Below, piece after piece: positions 36,440-46,586 of a DNA stretch of 64,000 nucleotides. The stretch comes from Actinomycetota bacterium. GTDB taxonomy: Bacteria; Actinomycetota; Acidimicrobiia; Acidimicrobiales; Ilumatobacteraceae. How positions within the stretch are numbered: the first letter of the stretch is position 1; each line of letters begins with the position of its first letter. The notes beneath the pieces are model-generated. The model saw nothing but the letters and a program-made list of their open reading frames with translations, was not told the DNA's origin and made no database searches. The stretch spans positions 4,793 through 68,792 of the forward strand of contig JAPKZX010000073.1 of the NCBI GenBank assembly GCA_026393575.1, read 5' to 3'. A program made the translations under genes and the position numbers.

Positions 36440-36978
36440 TGGAACTTGTAGTTTTTGTTCTCGCCGCAGCAATGGTCTTGGGTGGGGCACTCGGAGTCGT
36501 GACCAGGGCTAATCCTGTTCATGCCGCTATGAGTCTTGTTCTCACACTGTTTGGAATTGCAGTGATGTTCGTTTCACACAACGCGCATTTCCTGGCTGCT
36601 GTTCAAGTCATTGTGTATGCCGGAGCCATTGTGGTGTTGTTCCTCTTTGTCATCATGCTTCTCGGTGTCGACGAATCGGAAGACCTTTCGGTGGAGCCCA
36701 TTGCTAAGCAACGACCATTAGCACTCATTCTGGGTGGCGGATTAGTCGCCATCATTATCGCTGCAGTAGTTACTGGTCGTGAGAATTTCGCTTCCGCAGG
36801 TGGCGCCTTGGAAAGCGCAACTCTTGAATCTCCCGATGCAAACATCCGTGCGTTGGCTCGTTCCATCTTCAGCACCAACGTATTTGCTTTCGAAATAACC
36901 TCCGTACTTCTTTTGGTAGCAGTAGTCGGCACTGTTGTAATGGCTCGCAGAATGAAATCACTAGGAACTGGGAAGTGA
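36439..36978 (+). CDS. nuoJ: NADH-quinone oxidoreductase subunit J
   Basis: Small 5-TM protein with [18 protein letters not shown], in the canonical position. Confidence 0.88.
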   Translation: MELVVFVLAAAMVLGGALGVVTRANPVHAAMSLVLTLFGIAVMFVSHNAHFLAAVQVIVYAGAIVVLFLFVIMLLGVDESEDLSVEPIAKQRPLALILGGGLVAIIIAAVVTGRENFASAGGALESATLESPDANIRALARSIFSTNVFAFEITSVLLLVAVVGTVVMARRMKSLGTGK

Positions 36979-37301
36979 TCGCAATGTTGTCTGCTGTCGA
37001 ACCCACAACTTCTTGGTACCTCATCTTGTCTGCAGTTCTTTTCGGTATCGGAACTGTCGGAGTTCTTGTACGACGTAACCCACTAGTTATGTTCATGTGC
37101 ATTGAACTGATGCTGAACGCTGTGAACCTCTCGTTCGTTGCTCTTGCCACACAATTGTCGAACATCAATGGTCAGGTAGCTGTTTTCTTCGTAATGGTGG
37201 TAGCTGCAGCCGAAGTCGTTGTAGGCCTTGGCATCATTGTTTCCATCATGCGTCGCCGCACAGATGCAACCGCAGATGATCTCTCAGGATTGAAGGGCTA
37301 G
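36975..37301 (+). CDS. nuoK: NADH-quinone oxidoreductase subunit K
   Basis: 3-TM protein with [12 protein letters not shown]...[11 protein letters not shown]. The start is GTG 36975 or ATG 36984. Confidence 0.9.
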   Translation: MIAMLSAVEPTTSWYLILSAVLFGIGTVGVLVRRNPLVMFMCIELMLNAVNLSFVALATQLSNINGQVAVFFVMVVAAAEVVVGLGIIVSIMRRRTDATADDLSGLKG

Positions 37302-37307
37302 ACCATC

Positions 37308-39218
37308 ATGTTGGATCTCATTTGGCTTGTTCCAGCGCTTCCGCTTGCTGGCTTTTTATTGATTGTCTTGTTTGGCAGAAAACTCGGTGAACCAGGTGCA
37401 GGCATCTTTGCCACCGTCATGACCGCATCATCTTTTGTTGTTGTGGCAGGCATCTATTTCGATCTGTTGTCACGAACTGCAGAAGAACGTCATCACGTAG
37501 TCACTCTGTTCTCGTGGTTGCCCGTGGGCTCACTGCACGTAGATCTTGCGTTACTTGCTGACCCTCTCAGCATCACCATGGCGCTTTTCATTACAGGTAT
37601 TGGCTCCATGATTCATCTGTATGCCATTGGCTACATGCACGGAGATCCAAAGTTTCCTAAGTTCTTCATGTATCTCAACCTGTTCGTTTTCTCAATGTTG
37701 ATGCTGGTGCTCGGCGAAAACTTGTTGGTGACATTCCTCGGATGGGAAGGAGTAGGTGCGTGTTCGTACTTCCTCATTTCTTTCTGGCACACTCGCGACT
37801 CCGCTGCCACTGCCGGCAAAAAGGCATTCGTTACCAACCGTGTTGGTGACTGGGGAATGATGGTGGCGATGTTCCTTGCATTCTCTGCTGTCGGAACATT
37901 GTCGTATGAAGGAATTAACCACGCAGCGGAAAATGGCGGCTTAGCTGCAGTGACTGCTACTGGCATTGCCCTCATGTTGTTTGTTGGTGCTTGCGGCAAG
38001 AGCGCACAGTTGCCGTTGTATTTGTGGTTGCCCGACGCAATGGAGGGCCCAACACCAGTTTCTGCTCTCATCCACGCGGCCACCATGGTGACCTCCGGTG
38101 TTTTTCTTCTCACGCGTATGGCGCCAGTGCTTCATGCCTCGTACCCGTGGGCGGGCGATGTCATTGCCACCGTAGGTGCAATCACTGCGCTCTTTGCGGC
38201 AACAATCGCTGTTGCTCAAACTGACATTAAGAAAGTGTTGGCGTATTCCACCGTCTCGCAACTTGGTTTCATGTTCTTAGCTATCGGTTCTGGCGCTTAT
38301 GTAGCGGCCATTTTCCATATGGTGACCCATGCGTTCTTCAAGGCATTGCTCTTCCTTGGTTCTGGTTCTGTCATCCATGGCATGCATCACGAGCAGGACA
38401 TGCGTCGCATGGGTGCATTGCGCAAAGTCATGCCAATAACAGGCTTTACTTTCATCATTGGCTGGTTAGCAATTGCGGGCGTTCCTCCTTTTGCTGGTTT
38501 TTGGTCGAAGGATGAAATCTTGTTGTACGCGTTCGCCAACAACCGTTTGTTGTGGTTCATCGGCGTTGTTACTGCTTTGCTCACCGCGTATTACATGACA
38601 CGTCAAGTCATCATGGTCTTCTTTGGTGAAGCTCGTTGGCATGACCATGCTGAAGATAACGGCGCACATGGCGATCACACCCCACATGAAAGTCCGTGGA
38701 CAATGGTGACCCCATTGGTGGTATTGGCCGGATTATCCATCGTCGGCGGTGCGATGCAATTGCCGTTTACAAAAGGCACCAAGTTTTTAGAACATTGGTT
38801 AGAGCCAGTGGTGCATCACTCCGAGAGAAACATCTCTGGAACATGGGCTTACGAAAACAAGTGGTTGTTACTTGCCCTTGCAATAGCAATTGCCATCTCT
38901 GGAATTGCAGCATCTATCGCGGTCTACGCCAAGGGTAAGTTCAAAGTGATTGAGCCCGCCATCCTTGCCGACGCGTGGCGTTACGACTCCACCGTGTCTT
39001 CACTTATCGGTGGCCCTGGCTACAAATCATTTGATGCTGTTGCATCCTTCGATGCAGTGGTCGTAGACGGAGTTGTTAATGGAGCCGGAATTGAGGTTCG
39101 CCGAATTTCGGGAGTACTCAGCAAGTTGCAAACGGGTCTGATTCGTTCGTATGCCGCAATCGTTGCCTTTGGTGCAGTTGCGGTCCTTGCATGGTTCCTC
39201 GTGAGAGGGGTTCTCTAA
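37308..39218 (+). CDS. nuoL: NADH-quinone oxidoreductase subunit L
   Basis: Antiporter-like WEGVGACSYFLISFWH and GKSAQLPLYLWLPDAMEGPTPVSALIHAATMV, with a C-terminal lateral helix region. Confidence 0.93.
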   Translation: MLDLIWLVPALPLAGFLLIVLFGRKLGEPGAGIFATVMTASSFVVVAGIYFDLLSRTAEERHHVVTLFSWLPVGSLHVDLALLADPLSITMALFITGIGSMIHLYAIGYMHGDPKFPKFFMYLNLFVFSMLMLVLGENLLVTFLGWEGVGACSYFLISFWHTRDSAATAGKKAFVTNRVGDWGMMVAMFLAFSAVGTLSYEGINHAAENGGLAAVTATGIALMLFVGACGKSAQLPLYLWLPDAMEGPTPVSALIHAATMVTSGVFLLTRMAPVLHASYPWAGDVIATVGAITALFAATIAVAQTDIKKVLAYSTVSQLGFMFLAIGSGAYVAAIFHMVTHAFFKALLFLGSGSVIHGMHHEQDMRRMGALRKVMPITGFTFIIGWLAIAGVPPFAGFWSKDEILLYAFANNRLLWFIGVVTALLTAYYMTRQVIMVFFGEARWHDHAEDNGAHGDHTPHESPWTMVTPLVVLAGLSIVGGAMQLPFTKGTKFLEHWLEPVVHHSERNISGTWAYENKWLLLALAIAIAISGIAASIAVYAKGKFKVIEPAILADAWRYDSTVSSLIGGPGYKSFDAVASFDAVVVDGVVNGAGIEVRRISGVLSKLQTGLIRSYAAIVAFGAVAVLAWFLVRGVL

Positions 39219-40819
39219 TGTCGTTCGTTTCTCTTGTTGCATCGTCTGCTGGTGCTGCACACCACGTTTCGTTTCCTATCCTCTCAGCTCTCATCATCCT
39301 TCCGATTGTGGGCGCGGTTCTTGTTGCACTCACGAGTAATCGTCGACCTGAGTATGTGAAGTTGATTGCAACGTTGTTCAGTGTTGGTGTTGCTGGTATG
39401 TCTATTTGGCTGCTGGCCTCATTCAAAACTCATGATGGCGGATTTCAGTTTCAGTCTCAACACGAATGGATTTCATCGTGGGGCATTTCATGGCACCTCG
39501 GTGTAGATGGCATTTCGCTTTTCTTGGTAGTTCTCACGGGAATTCTCTTCCCACTTGTCATCGTCGGTATTGACCCACATCACGACCAAAAGCGGTACTT
39601 GGCGTGGTTGTTGGTGTTGGAAGCCGGAGTCATGGGCAGTTTCCTCAGCCTCGACCTCTTCTTGTTCTTCATCTTCTTTGAAATTGTTCTTGTACCGATG
39701 TACTTCCTGATTGGTGGATGGGGATACGACAAGCGCATTTATGCAGCGACAAAGTTCTTCTTGTACACCATGCTCGGTTCAGCGTTCATGTTGGTGGGCA
39801 TCATCGCCACAGCGTTGTTGGCACGACACGACATTGGATATCTCACCTTTGACGTGGTCACTATTGCTGAACGTGCAAGCTTTTCTACCAACACTGCGCG
39901 TTGGCTGTTTGTCTCGTTTGCAATCGCTTTCGCTGTGAAGGTTCCTATCTTCCCATTGCATACATGGTTGCCAGATGCGCACACCCAGGCGCCTACTGGT
40001 GGTTCAGTAATTCTTGCTGGCGTGTTGCTAAAAATGGGTACGTACGGCTTCTTGCGTTTCGGTTTGTATCTGTTCCCGTCCGCCGCACTGTGGGCTAAGC
40101 CGGTCTTCCTTACATTGGCGACAATCGGCATCATTTACGGCGCTATTGCTGCCACCATGCAAAAAGACCTCAAGCGTTTAGTTGCGTATTCTTCCGTCGC
40201 TCACCTTGGGTTTATCGTGCTCGGAATTTTCGCCGTCACATCGCAATCACTTACGGGTGGAGTGATGCAGATGGTAAACCACGGACTTTCTACAGGTGCG
40301 TTGTTCCTACTTGTCGGCATGATCTACGAGCGTCGTCACACACGTGTCATTGCTGAACTGAAGGGCATTCAAGCTGTTGCACCAATTTTCGCTGCTGCAT
40401 TCATGGTCGTGATGTTGTCTTCTATTGGCGTACCCGGGCTCAATGGCTTTGTTGGTGAGTTCCTCATCCTCATTGGTTCTTTTGAAACAGCTCGTTGGTG
40501 GACCGTGGTTGCAGCCACCGGAGTTATCCTCGCTGCGCTGTACTTGTTGTGGGCTTACCAACGTGTGTTCCATGGTGAGCCAGACGAAGCAAACTCTTCC
40601 TTCGCTGAGATGAACCTTCGTGAGGGTTCATTAATTCTCGTCTTCATCAGTTTGATTGTGTTTACTGGCCTGTATCCAAAGCCGATGCTTGAACGTATTG
40701 AGCCAAGTGTCGACAAACTCATCGAACACGTTGTGAAGCATTCTGACTATCAGCCACCAACTGCGCCAGCAGAACATTCTGAGACGCCTGCTGAATCAAC
40801 ACATACAGGAGGCGAGTGA
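39218..40819 (+). CDS. nuoM: NADH-quinone oxidoreductase subunit M
   Basis: KVPIFPLHTWLPDAHTQAPTGGSVILAGVLLKMG. ATG 39218 overlaps the nuoL stop (TAATG). Confidence 0.92.
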   Translation: MSFVSLVASSAGAAHHVSFPILSALIILPIVGAVLVALTSNRRPEYVKLIATLFSVGVAGMSIWLLASFKTHDGGFQFQSQHEWISSWGISWHLGVDGISLFLVVLTGILFPLVIVGIDPHHDQKRYLAWLLVLEAGVMGSFLSLDLFLFFIFFEIVLVPMYFLIGGWGYDKRIYAATKFFLYTMLGSAFMLVGIIATALLARHDIGYLTFDVVTIAERASFSTNTARWLFVSFAIAFAVKVPIFPLHTWLPDAHTQAPTGGSVILAGVLLKMGTYGFLRFGLYLFPSAALWAKPVFLTLATIGIIYGAIAATMQKDLKRLVAYSSVAHLGFIVLGIFAVTSQSLTGGVMQMVNHGLSTGALFLLVGMIYERRHTRVIAELKGIQAVAPIFAAAFMVVMLSSIGVPGLNGFVGEFLILIGSFETARWWTVVAATGVILAALYLLWAYQRVFHGEPDEANSSFAEMNLREGSLILVFISLIVFTGLYPKPMLERIEPSVDKLIEHVVKHSDYQPPTAPAEHSETPAESTHTGGE

Positions 40820-42333
40820 TGTTGCTTGCAAGTGGACTCATCGGTCCTTCCATTCCGTGGACCGACATTTTGCCTCTCCTCATCTTGTTGGGCGGCGCAT
40901 GCTTTCTGTTGTTAGTAGGTTCTCTTGTTCCTAATTGGCCACGTCATGGTTATGCATGGTTTACCGGTGCAACTGCGGCGGCAGCCCTCGTAGCGAACTG
41001 TGTGCAGTGGAACAACTTGCATAGCAAGGTGGGTCGCTCAATCATTGCTGACGCAATATTTATTGACCGTTTTTCGGTCCTCGCAAGTATCACCGTTTTA
41101 GGCGCTGTAGTTTTCTGTTCTATTCTCATGAGCGCTTATTTGCAACGTTCGCAAGACGATGGCCCAGAACTGTTTGCACTGTTCCTCACTGCAGCAATCG
41201 GCGCAATCGTGATGATTTCTGCCAACGATCTCATTGTGATGTTCTTAGGACTCGAAGTACTCAGTCTCTCGCTGTACCTTCTTGCTGCTAGTAACCGTCG
41301 TCGGGAACAGAGTCAAGAGTCAGGCATTAAATACTTCGTTCTTGGTGGTTTTGCATCAGCCTTCTTTTTGTATGGCATCGCACTCGTCTACGGAAGTACC
41401 GGTAGCACGCAGTTATTCGCGAACCAATCACTTCCGCAAGGTATTGCTCAAGCTCTGGGTTCTCAGGTTGCGGTAAATGGAAATGATTCGCTGCTCTTGA
41501 TCGGTATCGGCCTACTCATGATTGGTTTGGCCTTCAAAGTTTCTGCCGCTCCATTCCATGTGTGGGCTCCAGACGTATATGAAGGTGCACCCACTCCGGT
41601 GACTGCCTTCATGGCGTCCGTAGGAAAGGTCGCGGCGTTCGCTGCGCTTCTGAGAGTTCTTCTTGTTGGTTTGCCTCAGCGTGTAGACGACTGGCGACCA
41701 GTGGTGTGGGCCCTTGCAATTGCGACGGTCTTTATTGGTTCTGTCATGGCAGTTGTGCAAACAAACGTGAAGAGAATGCTTGCGTACTCATCCGTGAGCC
41801 ACGCCGGATTCATCCTTGTTGGTGTTGAGGCAGCTGCACATATGCGTGGCGATGGTCTTGCATCATCAATGAATTACCTCGCTATTTACACGGTTCTTGT
41901 GATGGGTTCATTTGCAATTGTGCTTGCAATGTCAGGTCAACAAGATGCTGATACAGCATTGACAGATTTCCGAGGTCTAGCAAAGCGTCGCCCTGCATTG
42001 GCTCTGGCATTCAGCATCTTGCTATTTGCTCAGGCGGGTGTCCCGTTTACATCGGGGTTTGTTGCGAAGTTTGCAATCATGAAGTCAGCCGTAGATGTCG
42101 GCTCGTACGCTCTTGCAGTTGCAGCCATGGTCGCTGCAGTCATTGGTGCGTTCTTGTACCTACGCATTGTTGTGAGCATGTGGTTGGAAGAACCAGATTC
42201 TTCCGAGCCACTCAATGTTGCAACCCCCGTGGTGCTTGTCATTGTGTTGGCAGTTGCGTTCACGTTGGTTATCGGTCTGTTCCCAGACTTGCTGCTCGAT
42301 GCAACACGCTTAGTGCGCTTCGCGCCGCGCTGA
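40816..42333 (+). CDS. nuoN: NADH-quinone oxidoreductase subunit N
   Basis: KVSAAPFHVWAPDVYEGAPTPVTAFMA. It is the last gene of the operon. Confidence 0.92.
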   Translation: MMLLASGLIGPSIPWTDILPLLILLGGACFLLLVGSLVPNWPRHGYAWFTGATAAAALVANCVQWNNLHSKVGRSIIADAIFIDRFSVLASITVLGAVVFCSILMSAYLQRSQDDGPELFALFLTAAIGAIVMISANDLIVMFLGLEVLSLSLYLLAASNRRREQSQESGIKYFVLGGFASAFFLYGIALVYGSTGSTQLFANQSLPQGIAQALGSQVAVNGNDSLLLIGIGLLMIGLAFKVSAAPFHVWAPDVYEGAPTPVTAFMASVGKVAAFAALLRVLLVGLPQRVDDWRPVVWALAIATVFIGSVMAVVQTNVKRMLAYSSVSHAGFILVGVEAAAHMRGDGLASSMNYLAIYTVLVMGSFAIVLAMSGQQDADTALTDFRGLAKRRPALALAFSILLFAQAGVPFTSGFVAKFAIMKSAVDVGSYALAVAAMVAAVIGAFLYLRIVVSMWLEEPDSSEPLNVATPVVLVIVLAVAFTLVIGLFPDLLLDATRLVRFAPR

Positions 42334-43023
42334 TTACCTGACGTGCTGAATCAGGGAATCAAATAAACCCTGCTGGCTTGCATCGTCTGCAGCAGTGTCT
42401 TCTGGATGCCATTGCACGCCGATCACCCAATGTTTAGAAACATGCTGAACAGCCTCAATGGTGCCGTCATGATGTGTGCCGACAACGGTGAGGTCATTCG
42501 CTAATTTTTCAATTGCCTGATGATGAAACGAATGCACAAATGGTTCGTGAGTCCCCATTGCTAGAGCCACCAGCGAACCAGAGATCATTTGCACAGTGTG
42601 CATTGTGTCGCGGTGGTCGTCTGTGGTGTCTAGATGTTGAATGAGTGTTCCACCAAGTGCAACGTTCAAAATTTGGTGTCCTCTACAGATCGCTAAAATT
42701 GGAAGATCGATATCAAGCGCTGCACGCACTGCGGCAATTTCGAAAGCATCGATGAAGTCATTGACGCCACGAAGCTCTGCATTTTCGGTGTGCCCATAAC
42801 AAGTGGGGTTTACGTCTCCACCGCCTGGCATCACAATGCCGTCGCATCTATGAATTGTGGCCGCAATCACATCAGGGTCATTGGACGGGGGAATAACAAT
42901 GGGCAGACCACCCGCGCGGTGGATGGCATCTGCATACATTCGTCCAGACGATATGGCCTTGCCGCGAACGTTATTTGCTTCTGAAGCACGACGCCCTGGT
43001 ACGCCGATCAACGGCATGGTCAT
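42334..43023 (-). CDS. gamma-glutamyl-gamma-aminobutyrate hydrolase family protein (peptidase C26 / class I amidotransferase)
   Basis: PILAICRGHQILNVALGGTL (nucleophile Cys) and VIGVQWHPE. Confidence 0.8.
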   Translation of the reverse strand: MTMPLIGVPGRRASEANNVRGKAISSGRMYADAIHRAGGLPIVIPPSNDPDVIAATIHRCDGIVMPGGGDVNPTCYGHTENAELRGVNDFIDAFEIAAVRAALDIDLPILAICRGHQILNVALGGTLIQHLDTTDDHRDTMHTVQMISGSLVALAMGTHEPFVHSFHHQAIEKLANDLTVVGTHHDGTIEAVQHVSKHWVIGVQWHPEDTAADDASQQGLFDSLIQHVR

Positions 43024-44231
43024 CCGTTATCGACTTCTTCTGCTTCGTATCCTGCGGCTTGTACCGCAGCAAGCACATCTTTTGCATGATCTCGGCTGCG
43101 CACTTCCAGCACGGCCTGCACGCCAGTTTCGCGCACATGCAAATTAACGCCTTCACGTACGTGTTCTACTTCAATGAGGTTGGCGCCCGATTGTGCGAAC
43201 AAGTTAAGCAGTCCTGCTAACCCACCTGGACGATCAGAGATACGAACAAAAATAATGAGTCGTCGTCCTGCCTGTGTTTCATTTCGACGAATTAGTCCGG
43301 GCACAACTCCCAAGTCCACGTTGCCGCCAGACAACACAACACACGTTGTGCCGCTGCGCGAAGGCTTTACCTGCCCGCTCATTAGTGCGGAAACACCAAC
43401 TGCGCCGCCACCTTCTACATACAACTTGCTGCGGTCCATCAGTAGAACCATTGCATCTGCCACGAGGTCTTCTTCCACAACAATTATTTCGTCCACGTAT
43501 TTTTCAATGATGGGTCGAGTGAATTCGCCAGGCGTTTTTACTGCAATTCCGTCTGCCAAAGTCACAATCGGACCATCGGGTGGTAGGTCACCTGCATATG
43601 GTGCGCAAGCACGTACTTGCACACCGATGATTCGAATCTTCGGATTGATGTGTTTCAGTGCAAGCGCAACGCCACCTGTTAAGCCACCGCCACCGAGTGG
43701 AACAAGAACCATTGCAAGATCTGCAATGTCTTCAGCAAGTTCGAGGCCGAGCGTGGCTTGTCCTGCAACAACAATTGGATCATCATACGGATGGCAGAAA
43801 TTCATACCAGTAAGTTCTGCACGTGAGCGAGCAAGTGCAACAGCATCATTCAACGTGTCACCACCTTCAGTGAGCGTGGCGCCATATGAACGAACTGATT
43901 CCATTTTCGAAAGTGATGCACCTGCAGGAACAAAAATCTCACATGGCACACCGAAATGGCGTGCAGCAAATGCGATGGCTTGTGCATGGTTACCTGCGCT
44001 ACCTGCAACGACACCAGACTGTGCGGCATCACCGAGCGAAGTGAGTTTGTTCATCGCTCCGCGAATCTTGAATGAGCCTGTCCGCTGTAAATTCTCAGCC
44101 TTCAAGACGACATTGCCACCGAAACGTTCAGACAAAGTGAGCGACTCTGTAATGGGAGTTCGCTTCACGACGCCTGCGCCAGCTAGTCGTGCGGCCAGAA
44201 TGGCAGCCGAATCAATAGGTGGAGTGGTCAT
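43020..44231 (-). CDS. ilvA: threonine ammonia-lyase (threonine dehydratase) with one C-terminal ACT-like domain
   Basis: LKAENLQRTGSFKIRGA (PLP Lys) and AGNHAQA, with regulatory tail LIIFVRISDRPGGLAGLL. ATG 44231 is chosen as the start, because the longer track ORF overlaps the divergent gene. Confidence 0.88.
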   Translation of the reverse strand: MTTPPIDSAAILAARLAGAGVVKRTPITESLTLSERFGGNVVLKAENLQRTGSFKIRGAMNKLTSLGDAAQSGVVAGSAGNHAQAIAFAARHFGVPCEIFVPAGASLSKMESVRSYGATLTEGGDTLNDAVALARSRAELTGMNFCHPYDDPIVVAGQATLGLELAEDIADLAMVLVPLGGGGLTGGVALALKHINPKIRIIGVQVRACAPYAGDLPPDGPIVTLADGIAVKTPGEFTRPIIEKYVDEIIVVEEDLVADAMVLLMDRSKLYVEGGGAVGVSALMSGQVKPSRSGTTCVVLSGGNVDLGVVPGLIRRNETQAGRRLIIFVRISDRPGGLAGLLNLFAQSGANLIEVEHVREGVNLHVRETGVQAVLEVRSRDHAKDVLAAVQAAGYEAEEVDNG

Positions 44232-44246
44232 GCAGGCTCTACCGTA

Positions 44247-44966
44247 GTGGGCATGCGTGCAGCACTTGTTGCGAATAGAGAAGATGTCGACCCCGGTCTT
44301 GTCGGGCGAGCATTGCGTCGACATGGTTATACGTTCACGGAGTTCTTGAGAGAAGACCACGAGGGCTGGTTGCCCGTGGAAGATTTCGATCTGGTCCTCG
44401 CTTTGGGTTCTAACTGGAGTACTTATTGGGACCATGTGGCCGGCCCGGTGCGTGCCGAACAGGAACTGCTTCGTGAGGCCATGCGGCGAGATATCCCTGT
44501 GCTGGGAATCTGCTTTGGTGCCCAGCAGGTTGCAGCGGTCCTAGGGGGAGAAATCACAAAAGCACAATCTCCTGAAATCGGGTGGTGCCAAGTGTTTGCT
44601 ACGTCTGAGGCCGGGCTTACGGCCCCGTCGGCGTTGACCTCTGGCCCCTGGATGCAGTGGCATTACGACCGATTTTCGGTCCCTTCGGGGGCAACCGTTT
44701 TGGCCGATTCACCCGTTGGTCCGCAGGCCATGGTGGTCGGGCGCACATTGGCTGTCCAGTTTCATCCCGAGGCCACGGAGACGATCGTTTCCCATTGGTC
44801 GAGCGGCACCGGAACCGAGGAACTTGATGCCGCTGGTATCTCGAAAGTTGCGCTGCTGTCAGAGACAAGGTCCCAGGTGGAAGGGGCCGAGATTCGGTGC
44901 AATGAATTGGTGGACTGGTTCATCTCGACCATTGCACAAAGGCACATGGGGTTACCGACAGTCTGA
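44247..44966 (+). CDS. class I glutamine amidotransferase-like protein
   Basis: IPVLGICFGAQQVA (nucleophile elbow) and LAVQFHPE. Confidence 0.8.
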   Translation: MGMRAALVANREDVDPGLVGRALRRHGYTFTEFLREDHEGWLPVEDFDLVLALGSNWSTYWDHVAGPVRAEQELLREAMRRDIPVLGICFGAQQVAAVLGGEITKAQSPEIGWCQVFATSEAGLTAPSALTSGPWMQWHYDRFSVPSGATVLADSPVGPQAMVVGRTLAVQFHPEATETIVSHWSSGTGTEELDAAGISKVALLSETRSQVEGAEIRCNELVDWFISTIAQRHMGLPTV

Positions 44967-44985
44967 GAAGTTGGGGGCATCGTGA

Positions 44986-45375
44986 GTGCCCGTAGTAGTT
45001 TTGGCAGTGATGTCCCCGTTCTTACGGTCCTATCTCACTGTCGTGTGGTTTGGCCTTGCCTCCTTCTTAGTCGCTGGTTTGCTGCTTGGTATCTCGGCAC
45101 TCATTCGCCCGAACAAGCCCAACCCAGAAAAGTTGCTCACCTATGAAAGTGGTGTGGACCCTGTAGGCGACGGTTGGTCGCAGAGCCAAATTCGTTATTA
45201 CGTCTTTGCACTTCTGTTTGTGATTTTTGATGTTGAAGCAGTATTCATTTTTCCGTGGGCAACTCAGTTAGAGCGTTACGCGGTTTTTGGTCTCGTTGAG
45301 ATGGGTGTCTTCGTTGGCATCCTCTTGCTTGGCCTTGTCTATGCGTGGCGCAAAGGCGTCTTGCGCTGGGTTTAG
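44986..45375 (+). CDS. nuoA: NADH-quinone oxidoreductase subunit A, second copy
   Basis: YESGVDP...[18 protein letters not shown]. The start is GTG 44986 or ATG 45010. Confidence 0.88.
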   Translation: MPVVVLAVMSPFLRSYLTVVWFGLASFLVAGLLLGISALIRPNKPNPEKLLTYESGVDPVGDGWSQSQIRYYVFALLFVIFDVEAVFIFPWATQLERYAVFGLVEMGVFVGILLLGLVYAWRKGVLRWV

Positions 45376-45394
45376 GAACAAGGATTTTTCTCGT

Positions 45395-45949
45395 ATGGGT
45401 CTCGTAGATCGTGGTCGACTCGGCAAGCCACTCACTCAACTGTTCAACCTTGGTCGGTCGTACAGCTTGTGGGTATATCAATGGGGTCTGGCTTGTTGTG
45501 CAATTGAAATGGGGGCCGCATTCGGTTCTCCGCGTTATGACGTAATGAGACTCGGCGTTATTCCATTGCCTGCTTCTCCTCGTCAAGCAGACCTTGTAGT
45601 TATTTCTGGAACAGTTACAGACAAGATGGCGCCGGCAATCAAGCGTTTGTATGAACAAATGCCCGAACCGAAATATGTGATTTCAATGGGAAGCTGCGCA
45701 AACTGCGGAGGACCATATTGGGATAGTTACTCCGTCACTAAAGGTATTGATCAGATCATTCCTGTTGATGTGTATGTCCCTGGTTGTCCTCCTCGTCCAG
45801 AAGCCTTGTTAGAAGGAATCGTTTTGTTGCAGCAACGCATCAAGAACGAAGACATGGGCGCGCGTTGGCGCGGTGAAGGATTTCGTCCAATGAACATTGA
45901 TGGCGAGTCCGCAGAGAGGGGAGGTGTTCCCGTTGTCGTCAACAACTGA
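45395..45949 (+). CDS. nuoB: NADH-quinone oxidoreductase subunit B, second copy
   Basis: [23 protein letters not shown] and VPGCPP. Starts at ATG 45395. Confidence 0.9.
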   Translation: MGLVDRGRLGKPLTQLFNLGRSYSLWVYQWGLACCAIEMGAAFGSPRYDVMRLGVIPLPASPRQADLVVISGTVTDKMAPAIKRLYEQMPEPKYVISMGSCANCGGPYWDSYSVTKGIDQIIPVDVYVPGCPPRPEALLEGIVLLQQRIKNEDMGARWRGEGFRPMNIDGESAERGGVPVVVNN

Positions 45950-46586
45950 TTCCACAACTGAAGCACCTCGTGACGAAATTCGTGACACAGAAATTGCGCG
46001 AGTCATCGCTGCACTCGATGGCGCTGTTCTCGATTCTCTTGTAAAACCAAATGACGACATGTGGATCCGCGTTTCCGCAGATGCATGGGTCGCAACTGGA
46101 AACACATTGAAGTCACTCGGATATTCGTACTTCTGTTTTCTTTCTGCAATCGACTGGATGCCCTCTCCGTTCGGCAAGGGTGAAGATGATCCCACCGATC
46201 CTCCGAAAGAGCGTGACACCGCTGTGAAGCAGGGCTACACAGGTGGCTCCACACGTTTCCAAGTACTCGCTCGCGTCATGCAGCCGTTCTCAAGCCTCGG
46301 TATCAACATCAAGGTTGATGTTGACGACGCAGCGATGGCGATTGATTCATGGAGCGGTGTCTACGCGGGTGCAAATTGGCACGAGCGCGAAACACACGAA
46401 ATGTTTGGCATTGGTTTCAACGGACATCCAGACCTTCGCAATATGTATCTTCCTACAGATTTTGAAGGTCATCCATTGCGCAAAGATTTCCCATTGCTTG
46501 CGCGCATCGTGAAGCCATGGCCCGGAATTGTTGACGTCGAACCGCTTCCAGGTGACGACGATGAAGAGGAAGGCGAAGCATCATGA
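45933..46586 (+). CDS. nuoC: NADH-quinone oxidoreductase subunit C, second copy
   Basis: [37 protein letters not shown] and an acidic C-terminal tail. The start is uncertain. TTG 45933 lies 8 nt after a GGAGG. The alternatives are GTG 45924 and ATG 45897. Confidence 0.85.
   Translation: MSSTTDSTTEAPRDEIRDTEIARVIAALDGAVLDSLVKPNDDMWIRVSADAWVATGNTLKSLGYSYFCFLSAIDWMPSPFGKGEDDPTDPPKERDTAVKQGYTGGSTRFQVLARVMQPFSSLGINIKVDVDDAAMAIDSWSGVYAGANWHERETHEMFGIGFNGHPDLRNMYLPTDFEGHPLRKDFPLLARIVKPWPGIVDVEPLPGDDDEEEGEAS

Noticed and set aside
43174-44247. 357-aa ORF on the plus strand.
   Set aside because: It is antisense to ilvA. It has a Pro/Ser/Ala/Arg-rich low-complexity translation and no motifs.
44232-44435. 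N-terminal extension of the ilvA ORF (track start 44435).
   Set aside because: It overlaps the divergent amidotransferase gene and shows no homology-like sequence. Recognisable IlvA similarity begins just after ATG 44231.
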